In this document: in pieces, positions 26,567 through 34,968 of the stretch
Numbering within the stretch: position 1 is the stretch's first letter
How the letters are laid out: each line of letters starts with the position of its first letter
Assembly: GCA_027593235.1 (NCBI GenBank)
Contig: JAQCIU010000009.1
Location: forward strand, 1 to 64,000
Source of the DNA: Chloroflexota bacterium
Lineage (GTDB): Bacteria > Chloroflexota > Dehalococcoidia > UBA2979
DNA length: 64,000 nt
Reading direction: 5' to 3'
Position numbers and translations under genes: made by a program
The notes under the pieces: generated by a model
The model's database searches: none
Seen by the model: the letters and a program-made list of their open reading frames with translations, nothing else
Told to the model about the DNA's origin: nothing

Positions 26567-28162
26567 ATGCAGACCCCACCCACCCCCTCAAAGACCTCGA
26601 TCGGCCTCGGACGCACCTGGCGCTTCGCCACGGTTGCGCTCGTATTCGCCATCGCCGTCGCACTGATCGGCCAGGCAAACGCCCCGATCGCCTCGGCGCA
26701 GACTCCGGATGCGTACCAACCGACGGCTGTCGCTGGAGACGTCGTCCCCGGTCGATACGCCATCAAGTTGGCTGAAGGCGACCATGAAGCAACATTCGAC
26801 GCTATTGCTTTGGCCGGTTTCGAGGTGGTGCGGGAACTCCCAACGCTTGGTTGGGTAATCGTCACCGAAGCCAACCACGAACTGCGGTCACGTTCCCTCG
26901 AACATGTCGAACTAGCCTTAGCAACTGTGCCCACCGTGCTATCGATCGAACCGGTGCTCACGTACGAACTCACCGGCATCGCCTCTGCTGAAACCACCAG
27001 CCTTCAAGCTCCCGCCGCAGCTGCATCCAACGATCCTCTGCTCTGGCTGCAATGGGGAAATTTCAGCACGAATGAGACGGATGCTTGGGAGATCACCGAG
27101 GGAGCCGGTGTCGTTGTCGCCGTCATCGATTCCGGAATCGACCTCACGCACGAAGACCTCCCGGCGACCGTCCTCCCTGGCTTCGATGTCATCGACGGCG
27201 ATACGGACGTCACGGACACATCCGGCCACGGCACTCATGTTGCTGGGACGATCGCCGCGCCGCGAAACAACGGCCTCGGTGGCTCCGGAATCGCCCCGGC
27301 GGCTCAGATTCTGCCTGTTCGTGCTTGTGACGACATAGTTTGCACATCCGAGACCGTCGCCGCAGGTATCGAGTGGGCGGTCGCCAACGGAGCTGATGTC
27401 ATCAATATCAGCATCCGGGGTCCCCATGACCCGTTGCTGGAGTCCGCGACCTTGCTCGCGCTTGCAAACGACATTGTTGTCGTCGCGGCGACTGGCAACG
27501 ACTATTTCGATGGCGTCCCGATCTACCCGGCAGCGTTTCCCGGAGTGATCGGGGTCGGCGCACTCACTCCCGGACGCGAGGTGGCCGATTTCTCGAACAC
27601 CGGGAGCTTCGTTGACGTCGTCGCACCCGGTGCTGAGATCTGGTCCTCGGTACCGGCAGCAGTCGAAGGGGTTTCGTATCGGGCATGGAACGGCACCTCG
27701 ATGGCCACACCCCACGTCGCTGCGATTGCGGCGCTCCTCCGGGCGGCGAACCCATCGTTCACGCAGGCGCAGGTCTCTGCCCGGATTCAGGCCACGGCAG
27801 TCGACATCGGCATTGGGGGATTCGACACCGAATCGGGGTTCGGAGCGGTCGACGCGTACCGCGCGTTGACGAACGGAGCGAACCCGACAGGCGACTACGT
27901 CGAGATCGATATCGAGCACGCGGCGGTCGGTAACCTGCAAGTCGAACTCGGACATAGCAATAGCGGCTCCCGTCTCCTGTTCGCACCTAATCCCGGGAAT
28001 TCCCACGACGACATTCGCGTGCGGTACTCCCTGCCCGATTCCGCCCTCGCGGCGGTTCCCGGCACCTGGATCCTGGGCGTCGCCGACGTCGTTCCACTTG
28101 TCAGCGGAGAGATCACGGGTTTCAGACGGCGGGTTCAAGGGATCGACGCAACGAGTTGGTGA
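26567..28162 (+). CDS. secreted subtilisin-like S8 protease with P-domain
   Basis: GGAGG RBS, signal peptide, VAVIDSG (Asp), GHGTHVAG (His), GTSMATPH (Ser); C-terminal IDIEH...NLQVEL...GTWIL resembles a P-domain. Confidence 0.92.
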   Translation: MQTPPTPSKTSIGLGRTWRFATVALVFAIAVALIGQANAPIASAQTPDAYQPTAVAGDVVPGRYAIKLAEGDHEATFDAIALAGFEVVRELPTLGWVIVTEANHELRSRSLEHVELALATVPTVLSIEPVLTYELTGIASAETTSLQAPAAAASNDPLLWLQWGNFSTNETDAWEITEGAGVVVAVIDSGIDLTHEDLPATVLPGFDVIDGDTDVTDTSGHGTHVAGTIAAPRNNGLGGSGIAPAAQILPVRACDDIVCTSETVAAGIEWAVANGADVINISIRGPHDPLLESATLLALANDIVVVAATGNDYFDGVPIYPAAFPGVIGVGALTPGREVADFSNTGSFVDVVAPGAEIWSSVPAAVEGVSYRAWNGTSMATPHVAAIAALLRAANPSFTQAQVSARIQATAVDIGIGGFDTESGFGAVDAYRALTNGANPTGDYVEIDIEHAAVGNLQVELGHSNSGSRLLFAPNPGNSHDDIRVRYSLPDSALAAVPGTWILGVADVVPLVSGEITGFRRRVQGIDATSW

Positions 28163-28683
28163 GCACCAAGGTTCTTGGGGAGCTCGTCAAGGAGGGCGTC
28201 GATCCCTTGAACCCGCCCATCCAAATCCTGGATGCCCTGGGCAACCCGCTCACCAGCTTCCCAACGGCGATCGAACTCTCGTTCCTGCTCCCGGACGGCG
28301 TCGACGGTGACGCCCTCTCCGCCTACTTCTGGGACGAGCAGACCGAGGCCTGGGCCAGCGTCGGTGGCAGCGTGGTCGGCGGACGGTTCGTCGTTCAGAC
28401 GAGCCACCTCTCCACCTATGCGCTGTTCCAGTTCGGGGCCGGTGGTGGTTTCAACGGGACGCTCCCGGCCTCCGGGGTCACCATCGCCACCGCACAGGGC
28501 GGCACCCTCACACAGCTCCGTGCCGTGCTGGCACGCGACGGGGCGCAGTCCGTGTTCATCTCCTATCGAGGTCGGTTCGTCGGCTACGTGCTGAACGCGC
28601 CGGACTTCGTGAACGCGGAGTTCCTCGCCGCCACCGGCGGCGTGCTCACACCCGGCCAGGCGTTGATGGTCGTCATCCGCTAA
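28156..28683 (+). CDS. C-terminal module ORF (beta-sandwich plus shared C-terminal domain); probably the frameshifted tail of the S8 protease
   Basis: Overlaps the S8 stop in another frame; no signal peptide or RBS; YFWDE..EAW...SHLSTYAL; last 80 aa align with the C-terminus of 1426-3036. Confidence 0.7.
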   Translation: MVSTKVLGELVKEGVDPLNPPIQILDALGNPLTSFPTAIELSFLLPDGVDGDALSAYFWDEQTEAWASVGGSVVGGRFVVQTSHLSTYALFQFGAGGGFNGTLPASGVTIATAQGGTLTQLRAVLARDGAQSVFISYRGRFVGYVLNAPDFVNAEFLAATGGVLTPGQALMVVIR

Positions 28684-28706
28684 CCCGCGACCCCGCGGAC
28701 CAACGG

Positions 28707-28741
28707 AACGGGCGCCCCGCTGGGGGCGCCCGTTTTCGTTT
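28707..28741 (+). terminator. intrinsic terminator
   Basis: AACGGGCGCCCC-GCTG-GGGGCGCCCGTT followed by TTCGTTT. Confidence 0.85.
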
Positions 28742-28945
28742 CCGCCCATCCCGCCACACCTCGAGCTGCCACCCACCATCGAGGACTGCCGCTAGCGCCC
28801 CCTCAGCTGCGCCCCCACCCACCACAACTGGGCAGCCCGCATCAGCACTGCCACGCGCCCTCCCGAGGGCAAACCCGCAGGATCAGCGCCGCGCCGGCAA
28901 GCGATCATGAGAGCCCACGCCGGCAGACCAAACACGCAGAGCCCG

Positions 28946-29800
28946 ATGACCGACCGAACGTCCGGACACCTCGTTCGCTTTGCCGCCGTCGCCGCGCTGC
29001 TCCTCGCCATCTCTGGCATCCGTGACCACAGCCTCGCGCTCGCCTCGAACGTCCACGTCATCCAGGTCGCCGTCGACGACGTCGCGCCGGACCTGGCGTC
29101 GCCGCTCGTCGCCACCGAGGGTGGTGTCGTTGCCGAGAGCACCGCGCCGGCCGGCGTTCCCGTCCCCTCGGGCATCGCCACCGCCGCGCAATCCCTCGAC
29201 CTCCCGCCGGCGGAGCTGATCGAACGTGCCATCGTTCACGTTCAGACCGCACAGAGCGCCGGCTCCGGGTTCGTCGTCGCCGGGAGCCGCGTCGTCACCA
29301 ACGCCCACGTCATCGGATCCGCCACCACCGCCACCATCTGGTTCTCGAATGGTGCGCGTCGCGACGGCACCGTCGTCGCCAGAAGCGATGAACTGGACCT
29401 TGCGGTCCTCTCCGTGCCGCGCATTCCCATCAGCGCCGGCTCGCTCGAACTCGCCGACCCCACCGCGCCCGCCGCCATGGGATCCGCCGTCTGGGCCTGG
29501 GGCTATCCGTTCGAGGCGGACGTGGTCGCGGCCGGCTTCAGCCGCGCGCCCACCATCTCCGCCGGCATCGTCTCCGCCCGACGTGTCCGCAACAGCGTCG
29601 CCTACATCCAGACCGACGCCGCCGTGAATCCCGGTAGCAGCGGCGGACCGCTGCTCGACGCGAACGCCCGCGTCATCGGCATCAACACCCTGGTGCTCAC
29701 GCCGGGCGGCAAAGACGCCGAGGGCCTGAACTTCGCCCTCGATGTTGCCGCTCACATCGACGCACTGCTGTTCCTGATCGCCCCGGAAGCCGAGCGCTAG
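28946..29800 (+). CDS. trypsin-like S1C serine protease (HtrA-like, no PDZ domain)
   Basis: GSGF, TNAHV, DLAVL, QTDAAVNPGSSGGPL. Confidence 0.9.
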   Translation: MTDRTSGHLVRFAAVAALLLAISGIRDHSLALASNVHVIQVAVDDVAPDLASPLVATEGGVVAESTAPAGVPVPSGIATAAQSLDLPPAELIERAIVHVQTAQSAGSGFVVAGSRVVTNAHVIGSATTATIWFSNGARRDGTVVARSDELDLAVLSVPRIPISAGSLELADPTAPAAMGSAVWAWGYPFEADVVAAGFSRAPTISAGIVSARRVRNSVAYIQTDAAVNPGSSGGPLLDANARVIGINTLVLTPGGKDAEGLNFALDVAAHIDALLFLIAPEAER

Positions 29801-29894
29801 AGCGCAACCGGCCGGCTCCCCAGCGGCAACCCTCCGTCCAACCCACCGAGGACCAACGCGACCTCGGCGTGTCCGAACGAGGACCGCCCGCCTG

Positions 29895-31304
29895 TTACCG
29901 GCGGTGCGGGTCGATCAGCCGCTCTTGCGTCCCGCCAGTCACCGTCAGCGTCAGCGGGATGTCCTGCCGCCGGTACATGCACACACCGGTCGCGTCGTCG
30001 CAGACGAAGTACAGCGCATACGCCTCGACGATTGCGTCGCCCGCCGGCGCGTCCACCGGAGCGCGCAGCTCGAACTCGAACGACCGAGGCTCGTCGCTCG
30101 TCTCCTCGGGCGGCAACTCCACCTCCCCCAGCGCGCGGTCAAGCTCCCACCCGGCCGGCGCCTGCACCCAGAGCTGCGTCGGCGCCATCTCGTTGTTCCA
30201 GTGCGCGCCCAGCGTCGCGTCCGGGCGCAGCGTCAGGTGCACCCGCAACGGATCCCCCGGCACCGCCGTCGGTGGGATCGAGGTGGCCTCGACAGTCACG
30301 AGGCCCTCGATGTCGCGGTCAATCCGCCCCGCTGCATCCGGCTCGCTCGCGGGGCCGGTCGCCACCTCGAACGTCGCCGTCGGTTCGGCGAACTCAGCGC
30401 CACCCGGCTCCACCGCGAGCGCCACGGGCACCTCGCCACGCGCCGCGATCTCCGCGCGAGCAGCGGGCACCCAGTCGTAGAACGGATACGGCTTATCCAG
30501 GCGCGGACCGTACTGCTGTAGCCGCCGCCGCCAGATGTAGTTGTTCGGGCCAATCTCCAGCGCCGTCGCCCAGTGGCGCGCCGCGCGCCCGAAGTCCCCC
30601 GCCTGTCGTCCGTCCGAGTCGTAGCGCATCCGCGCGATCACGCCCGCCACGAAGTGCGCGCGGTCGCTTGGTTCGAGGGCGATCGCAGCGTCGACAGCAG
30701 CCATCGCGTCGTCCAGGCGCGCCGCGCCCGCCCACGTCGCCAGCGCCATCGCGCGCGCCAGCCAGCCAGCCGCGTCGGTCGGTTCGGCCGCCGTCATCTC
30801 CGGCCGCAGATCCACCACCGCCGCGCTGCCCTCGGAGGGTGCCGGCGGCGCGAACTCGCGCTCGATGAACTCCGCCTCCACCGTCGCCAGATCATCCAGG
30901 CGCGGATGGATCATCCGCACCACGCCGTATTCGTCCAGCAGGAAGGTGCGTGGCACCGCCGTGAACCCCAGCAGATTGAACGGCTCCACCATCAGCGGCC
31001 AGTCAAGCTGCTTCCACTGCATGAACAGCGCCGCACGATCGGGGTGCTGCTCCAGCACAATCCCCGCCGTCTGCAGCTTGCCCGCTTCACGCCACGCCGA
31101 GGTCGATTCGTGCCACCCGGGCACGTGCTTCCGACAGCCCGCTCACCACGAAGCAAAGACGTGCAGTGCCAGTTTCTGCCCGCGGAACTGCGAGATCGAA
31201 CGCGGGCGCCCGTCCTCCACCCCCGGCAGCACCAGCTCCGGAAACGGCTCGCCCAGAGCGATCCGCGGCGCCCCGCCGGACTGCTCCTGCAGCGTCTCGG
31301 CCAC
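29895..31304 (-). CDS. selenoprotein: TlpA/AhpC-TSA thioredoxin fold (UxxC) plus TPR-like region plus DsbD-N-like domain, 469 aa
   Basis: ORFs 31143-31358 and 29895-31124 are in frame; read-through of TGA 31143-31145 gives HVFASW-U-AGC-RKH; C-terminal YFVCDDATGVC. Confidence 0.85.
31109..31125 (-). promoter_or_regulatory. candidate bacterial SECIS element
   Basis: CGUGCC-CGGGU-GGCACG; the loop starts after 23 nt downstream of UGA, with G at loop position 2. Confidence 0.55.
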
Positions 31305-31314
31305 CAGCCGCGCT

Positions 31315-32331
31315 CTAATCCCGCCGCGGCGCGCGGTTGAGCGCGGCCACCGGCACATCCAGGTGCAGCGTCTTCGTCTGCGGCAGGAAGCACTCGCGAT
31401 CGTTGCACGCCTGGTAACTGACGGTCACCTCCAGCGGGATCGCCTCAAGGTCCGGCGCCAGTCGCTGGATCCGGATCTTCACCCGCGCATCCTCGGCAAA
31501 CACGCGGAATTCATCATCCAGCCCCTCCAGCCGGAAGGGCGTCGTCGGCGGGTACTCGGGTTCGCCGACCTGGACTCCCTCGGGCGCGCTCACGCGCACC
31601 TCGGTTGGGATGTAGCCCTCGGGAATCGGTTGGCCGTAAACGTGCAGCCCCGGATCGACATGCAAGTCGACATAGAGCATTGCCGTCTCCATGAAGACCA
31701 GGCTCTCGCCGCCCAGCGTCGCTTCGATTCGAATCCCATCCCCGGCCACATCGGCGTGCGGGTGGTTGTCGACCTCGAAGTCCAGCCCGAATCCCTCACG
31801 CAGCACCGTCGAGGCCGAGGGTCGGGTGCGGTAGTGCTGGAAGAAGAGCTTCTCCTCGACGCGCCCGTCAATCCCCAGCACGTAGATCCCCGGGAACGGG
31901 ATCCCGTAGACCGCCTCATCCGGGCGGACCAGCGTGTTCAGAATTCCGGTCGCCTCAATCGCCCGGTGATCCGGGTCGGCCATCATCGGGAACGTGATCC
32001 CGAACTCCTCGGCGAACTTTCGCTGATCCTCGACCGGGTCGTACGAGATCGCGAACAGCGCGATCCCGGCCGCCTCGAACTCTGGAAGATGCTGTTGCAG
32101 CTGCACGAGCTGCGTTCGGCAGAACGGTCACCAACGAACGGAGCGGTGGAACAGCACCAGCGCCCGGCGGCTGCCGCGCGCCTGCTCCAGGTTCACCAGT
32201 GCGCCGGTCTGATCCGGCAACGCAATCTCCGGTAGGCGCTCACCGATCGCCGGTCCCGTCGGGAAATCATCGCTGGCGGGATTCCGCCCGGTTGGTGGCG
32301 TCTCGGGAGGCGTTTCGGGCGGTGTGGTCAC
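31315..32331 (-). CDS. selenoprotein: peroxiredoxin-like AhpC-TSA domain (UxxC) plus DsbD-N-like domain, 338 aa
   Basis: ORFs 32128-32439 and 31315-32106 are in frame; read-through of TGA 32128-32130 gives FHRSVRW-U-PFC-RTQLVQL; C-terminal YQACNDRECFLP. Confidence 0.88.
32097..32113 (-). promoter_or_regulatory. candidate bacterial SECIS element
   Basis: GCAGCU-CGUGC-AGCUGC; the loop starts after 20 nt downstream of UGA, with G at loop position 2. Confidence 0.55.
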
Positions 32332-32488
32332 GCGCGAATCCGTTCTGGTGCGAACGATCGAGGATGACCGAAAGCTTACCAGTCCCCGGTACCGTACCTG
32401 TGACCGCGGTCTCACCCACCGGCAACCGCAGCGGCGCATCGAGGACTCGTCGAAGAGTGTCGAAGGACCGTCGAGAAGCGCCCCGCTC

Positions 32489-33886
32489 CTACGGCTGAAC
32501 GCCTGCCTGTCGAACCCCCGGTGCAGGCGAAATCCGCACCTGTACCACCATCGATCCAGCCCCCGCTGGGTACGCCGACAGCGCCACCCAGCGATCCTCG
32601 GCGCGCTTGGAGATAATCACCGTCGTCGGCCCGGACACCTCGGACCAGCCCAGCGAGCCCATCGAACCGGCGTACGTCTTGAGCATCTCCTGGGCCGCAG
32701 CGGCCGGCAGCTCGTACGACAGGGTCAGATCCGCGCTGTCCTCGGTGTTGACCAACCGGCCCTCGGCCGGCACCAGTACGTCGCGGCTCTGGGTCGATGC
32801 GACCAACCGCAATAGCGGCGGCTTCGGGACCGGGGTTGCGCTGCTGGTAGCAGTCGCTGCGGGATCGCCAGTCGAATCGGCCTCGGGGGTCGCGACCGGG
32901 AACGTCGGCGTCCGCGGCGTCACCGCCAGCGCCGGCGGCACCAGCGCGTGATTGATCGCCGCCGCGATCTCCTCGATCGCCCGCACGCCCGCCGACTTTG
33001 TCGCCGCGCCCTCCGAGAGCACGACCACCACATGCGTCCACGGATCGTCATCCAGGTCGGGCACGCTGATCGCACCGGCAGAGTTCAGCAGCCAGCCCCC
33101 GACCAGCGGGTACCAGCCGTTCTTGATCGCCAGCGTCGCGCCGCTCGATGGCGACAGATCGACACCCGCCGAGGCACCCCAGCGCTGGTCCGCCACCACG
33201 GACTGCATCAGATCGAGGCCTGCCAGCCGCAGTTCGTCCGCCAGCGGCGAATCCTCCGCGATCAGTAACTCCACAAGCTGGGCGATCACCAGCGCTGACG
33301 CGCGCGAGTCCCCCCACTGCCCATCGTCCGCGAAATCGATCGACGTAATGTCGAGGGGCTCGAGGAACGCCGCCACCCCGGCCGCGCCACCCAGCGACTG
33401 CCACAACACGTCCGTCGCGCTATTGCTGCTCGCCGTGATCATCAGCTTCAGCAGTGTGTGTTCGTCCGAGGTCAGCGCCCGCTGCTCGAGCGCGGCCCGC
33501 TCCAGCGTCGCGATCAGCACCGGCAGCTTGACTACGCTCGCCAGCGCGAACTTCCCGTCGTCGCCGCCCACATAGTGCTCGCCGTCAGCGGTGACTACCG
33601 CCACACCAAGCCGCGCCGTGTTCTCGTCGATCAGCGCGGCGGCCGTCGCGAAGCGCACGCCGATCTCCAGCGCGTCGTCCGATGTGAAGCGAGAGCCGGG
33701 CTGGATGCTGGTCGTCACGCTCGGCGCGGCGGACACCGCCGTCGTCGGTACGGGCGCCGACAACTCAGTCGTGGTCGCCTGCACCAGCGGCGTCGCGGTA
33801 CTCACGACGACGCCTGAGCCGTCGCCGCGACACGCCGCAGCGAGCGCCAGCACGCAGAGCAATGTGAGTCCGGGGATTCGAGCCAT
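32489..33886 (-). CDS. lipoprotein, class A beta-lactamase-like serine hydrolase
   Basis: LAAAC lipobox; ASVVK (SxxK), SSN (SxN), KNGW (KTG-like); extra C-terminal domain. Confidence 0.85.
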   Translation of the reverse strand: MARIPGLTLLCVLALAAACRGDGSGVVVSTATPLVQATTTELSAPVPTTAVSAAPSVTTSIQPGSRFTSDDALEIGVRFATAAALIDENTARLGVAVVTADGEHYVGGDDGKFALASVVKLPVLIATLERAALEQRALTSDEHTLLKLMITASSNSATDVLWQSLGGAAGVAAFLEPLDITSIDFADDGQWGDSRASALVIAQLVELLIAEDSPLADELRLAGLDLMQSVVADQRWGASAGVDLSPSSGATLAIKNGWYPLVGGWLLNSAGAISVPDLDDDPWTHVVVVLSEGAATKSAGVRAIEEIAAAINHALVPPALAVTPRTPTFPVATPEADSTGDPAATATSSATPVPKPPLLRLVASTQSRDVLVPAEGRLVNTEDSADLTLSYELPAAAAQEMLKTYAGSMGSLGWSEVSGPTTVIISKRAEDRWVALSAYPAGAGSMVVQVRISPAPGVRQAGVQP

Positions 33887-34082
33887 CGAAACGCCGTCCA
33901 GTGCCCCGCCGTTCCGCGGTTGAGGTTAGCGGTTTTCTGGTCGTTATGGTCAATCACAACCAGCATTCGGCGCATCGGAGCTACCCCGAGGCACTGGAAT
34001 CACCCCTCAGGTGGTCACAAGGCGGGGGTGCCACGCTCGGAACACGCGCAGTTCGCGCCTGTCACGCGGGACGGCGCTGTGC

Positions 34083-34937
34083 TCAGCCGCTCAACGCACC
34101 GCGGAATGCTTGGGCGATCCGCGCGTGCCCAGGATCGCTCGCGTGCAGGCAATCCCCCGTCAGTTCGCCCTCGGACAACGTCCCGATCTCGGCGACCGCA
34201 ACGCCCGCGGCGACGGCCGCCGCCCGAATCTCGTCGTTCACCCCGGCGCTCAGCCCCAGCGCCTCTTCACCTTCAAGCACCACATCGCCGATGAGCTTGA
34301 ATTCATGCAGCGGGCACCCGGCGTGAACCAGCGGGTTGTAGTACGTCATCACCGCGATCGGGACATCCGGACCCGCCGCCGCCTGCAAGGTCTCGAGGAT
34401 GAACAACAGGTTCTTCTGAACGTCCCGGATCCGCACCGCCGCCATCGCCAGGCAGGCGTCGTCGACCACCCCATCGCACAGCGCGACCAGGCCGAAACCG
34501 TCGTTCCCACCGATGCCGACCGTGATCACCTGCACGTCGTCGCCGCGACTCGCCGTCGCCGCGCGGGCATCGATCATCGCGACCGCCTCGGCAAGCTGCC
34601 CGCCCTCGATCATCGAGAGCGTGCCCGCCCCTGAACGCCCGACGTTCACCAGCTGAAGTGGCGCGCCGCCACGATCGTCATTCAGCAGATCGAGCAGCCG
34701 CGGTACGTAGCCCCCGCGTCGCCAGTCCGTCGCCCCAACGCCCACCGCCAGTGAGTCGCCCAGCGCGAGGTAGATCGGCGCGTCGGTGGGAGGTCCGCTG
34801 GTAGCAGTCACGGGTGCCGCGGTCCCCGTCGTTTCCGCCTCAAGCATTCCGTCGGACCCACACGCCACCCCGATCAACGTGATCGCGGCGGCCAGGGCGG
34901 CGGAACGGCGGAGCAACTGCATCGTGAGCTTCATCAT
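34083..34937 (-). CDS. SGNH/GDSL hydrolase lipoprotein
   Basis: GVAC lipobox; YLALGDS, GIGGND, DCLH. Confidence 0.88.
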   Translation of the reverse strand: MMKLTMQLLRRSAALAAAITLIGVACGSDGMLEAETTGTAAPVTATSGPPTDAPIYLALGDSLAVGVGATDWRRGGYVPRLLDLLNDDRGGAPLQLVNVGRSGAGTLSMIEGGQLAEAVAMIDARAATASRGDDVQVITVGIGGNDGFGLVALCDGVVDDACLAMAAVRIRDVQKNLLFILETLQAAAGPDVPIAVMTYYNPLVHAGCPLHEFKLIGDVVLEGEEALGLSAGVNDEIRAAAVAAGVAVAEIGTLSEGELTGDCLHASDPGHARIAQAFRGALSG

Positions 34938-34968
34938 CGCGCAGTGCTCCGCCGCAAGGAGTTAACGG

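Noticed and set aside
28866-28945. c-di-GMP-I riboswitch (GGCAAACC)
   Set aside because: The following GAAA tetraloop stem and GACGCAAAG segment are absent.
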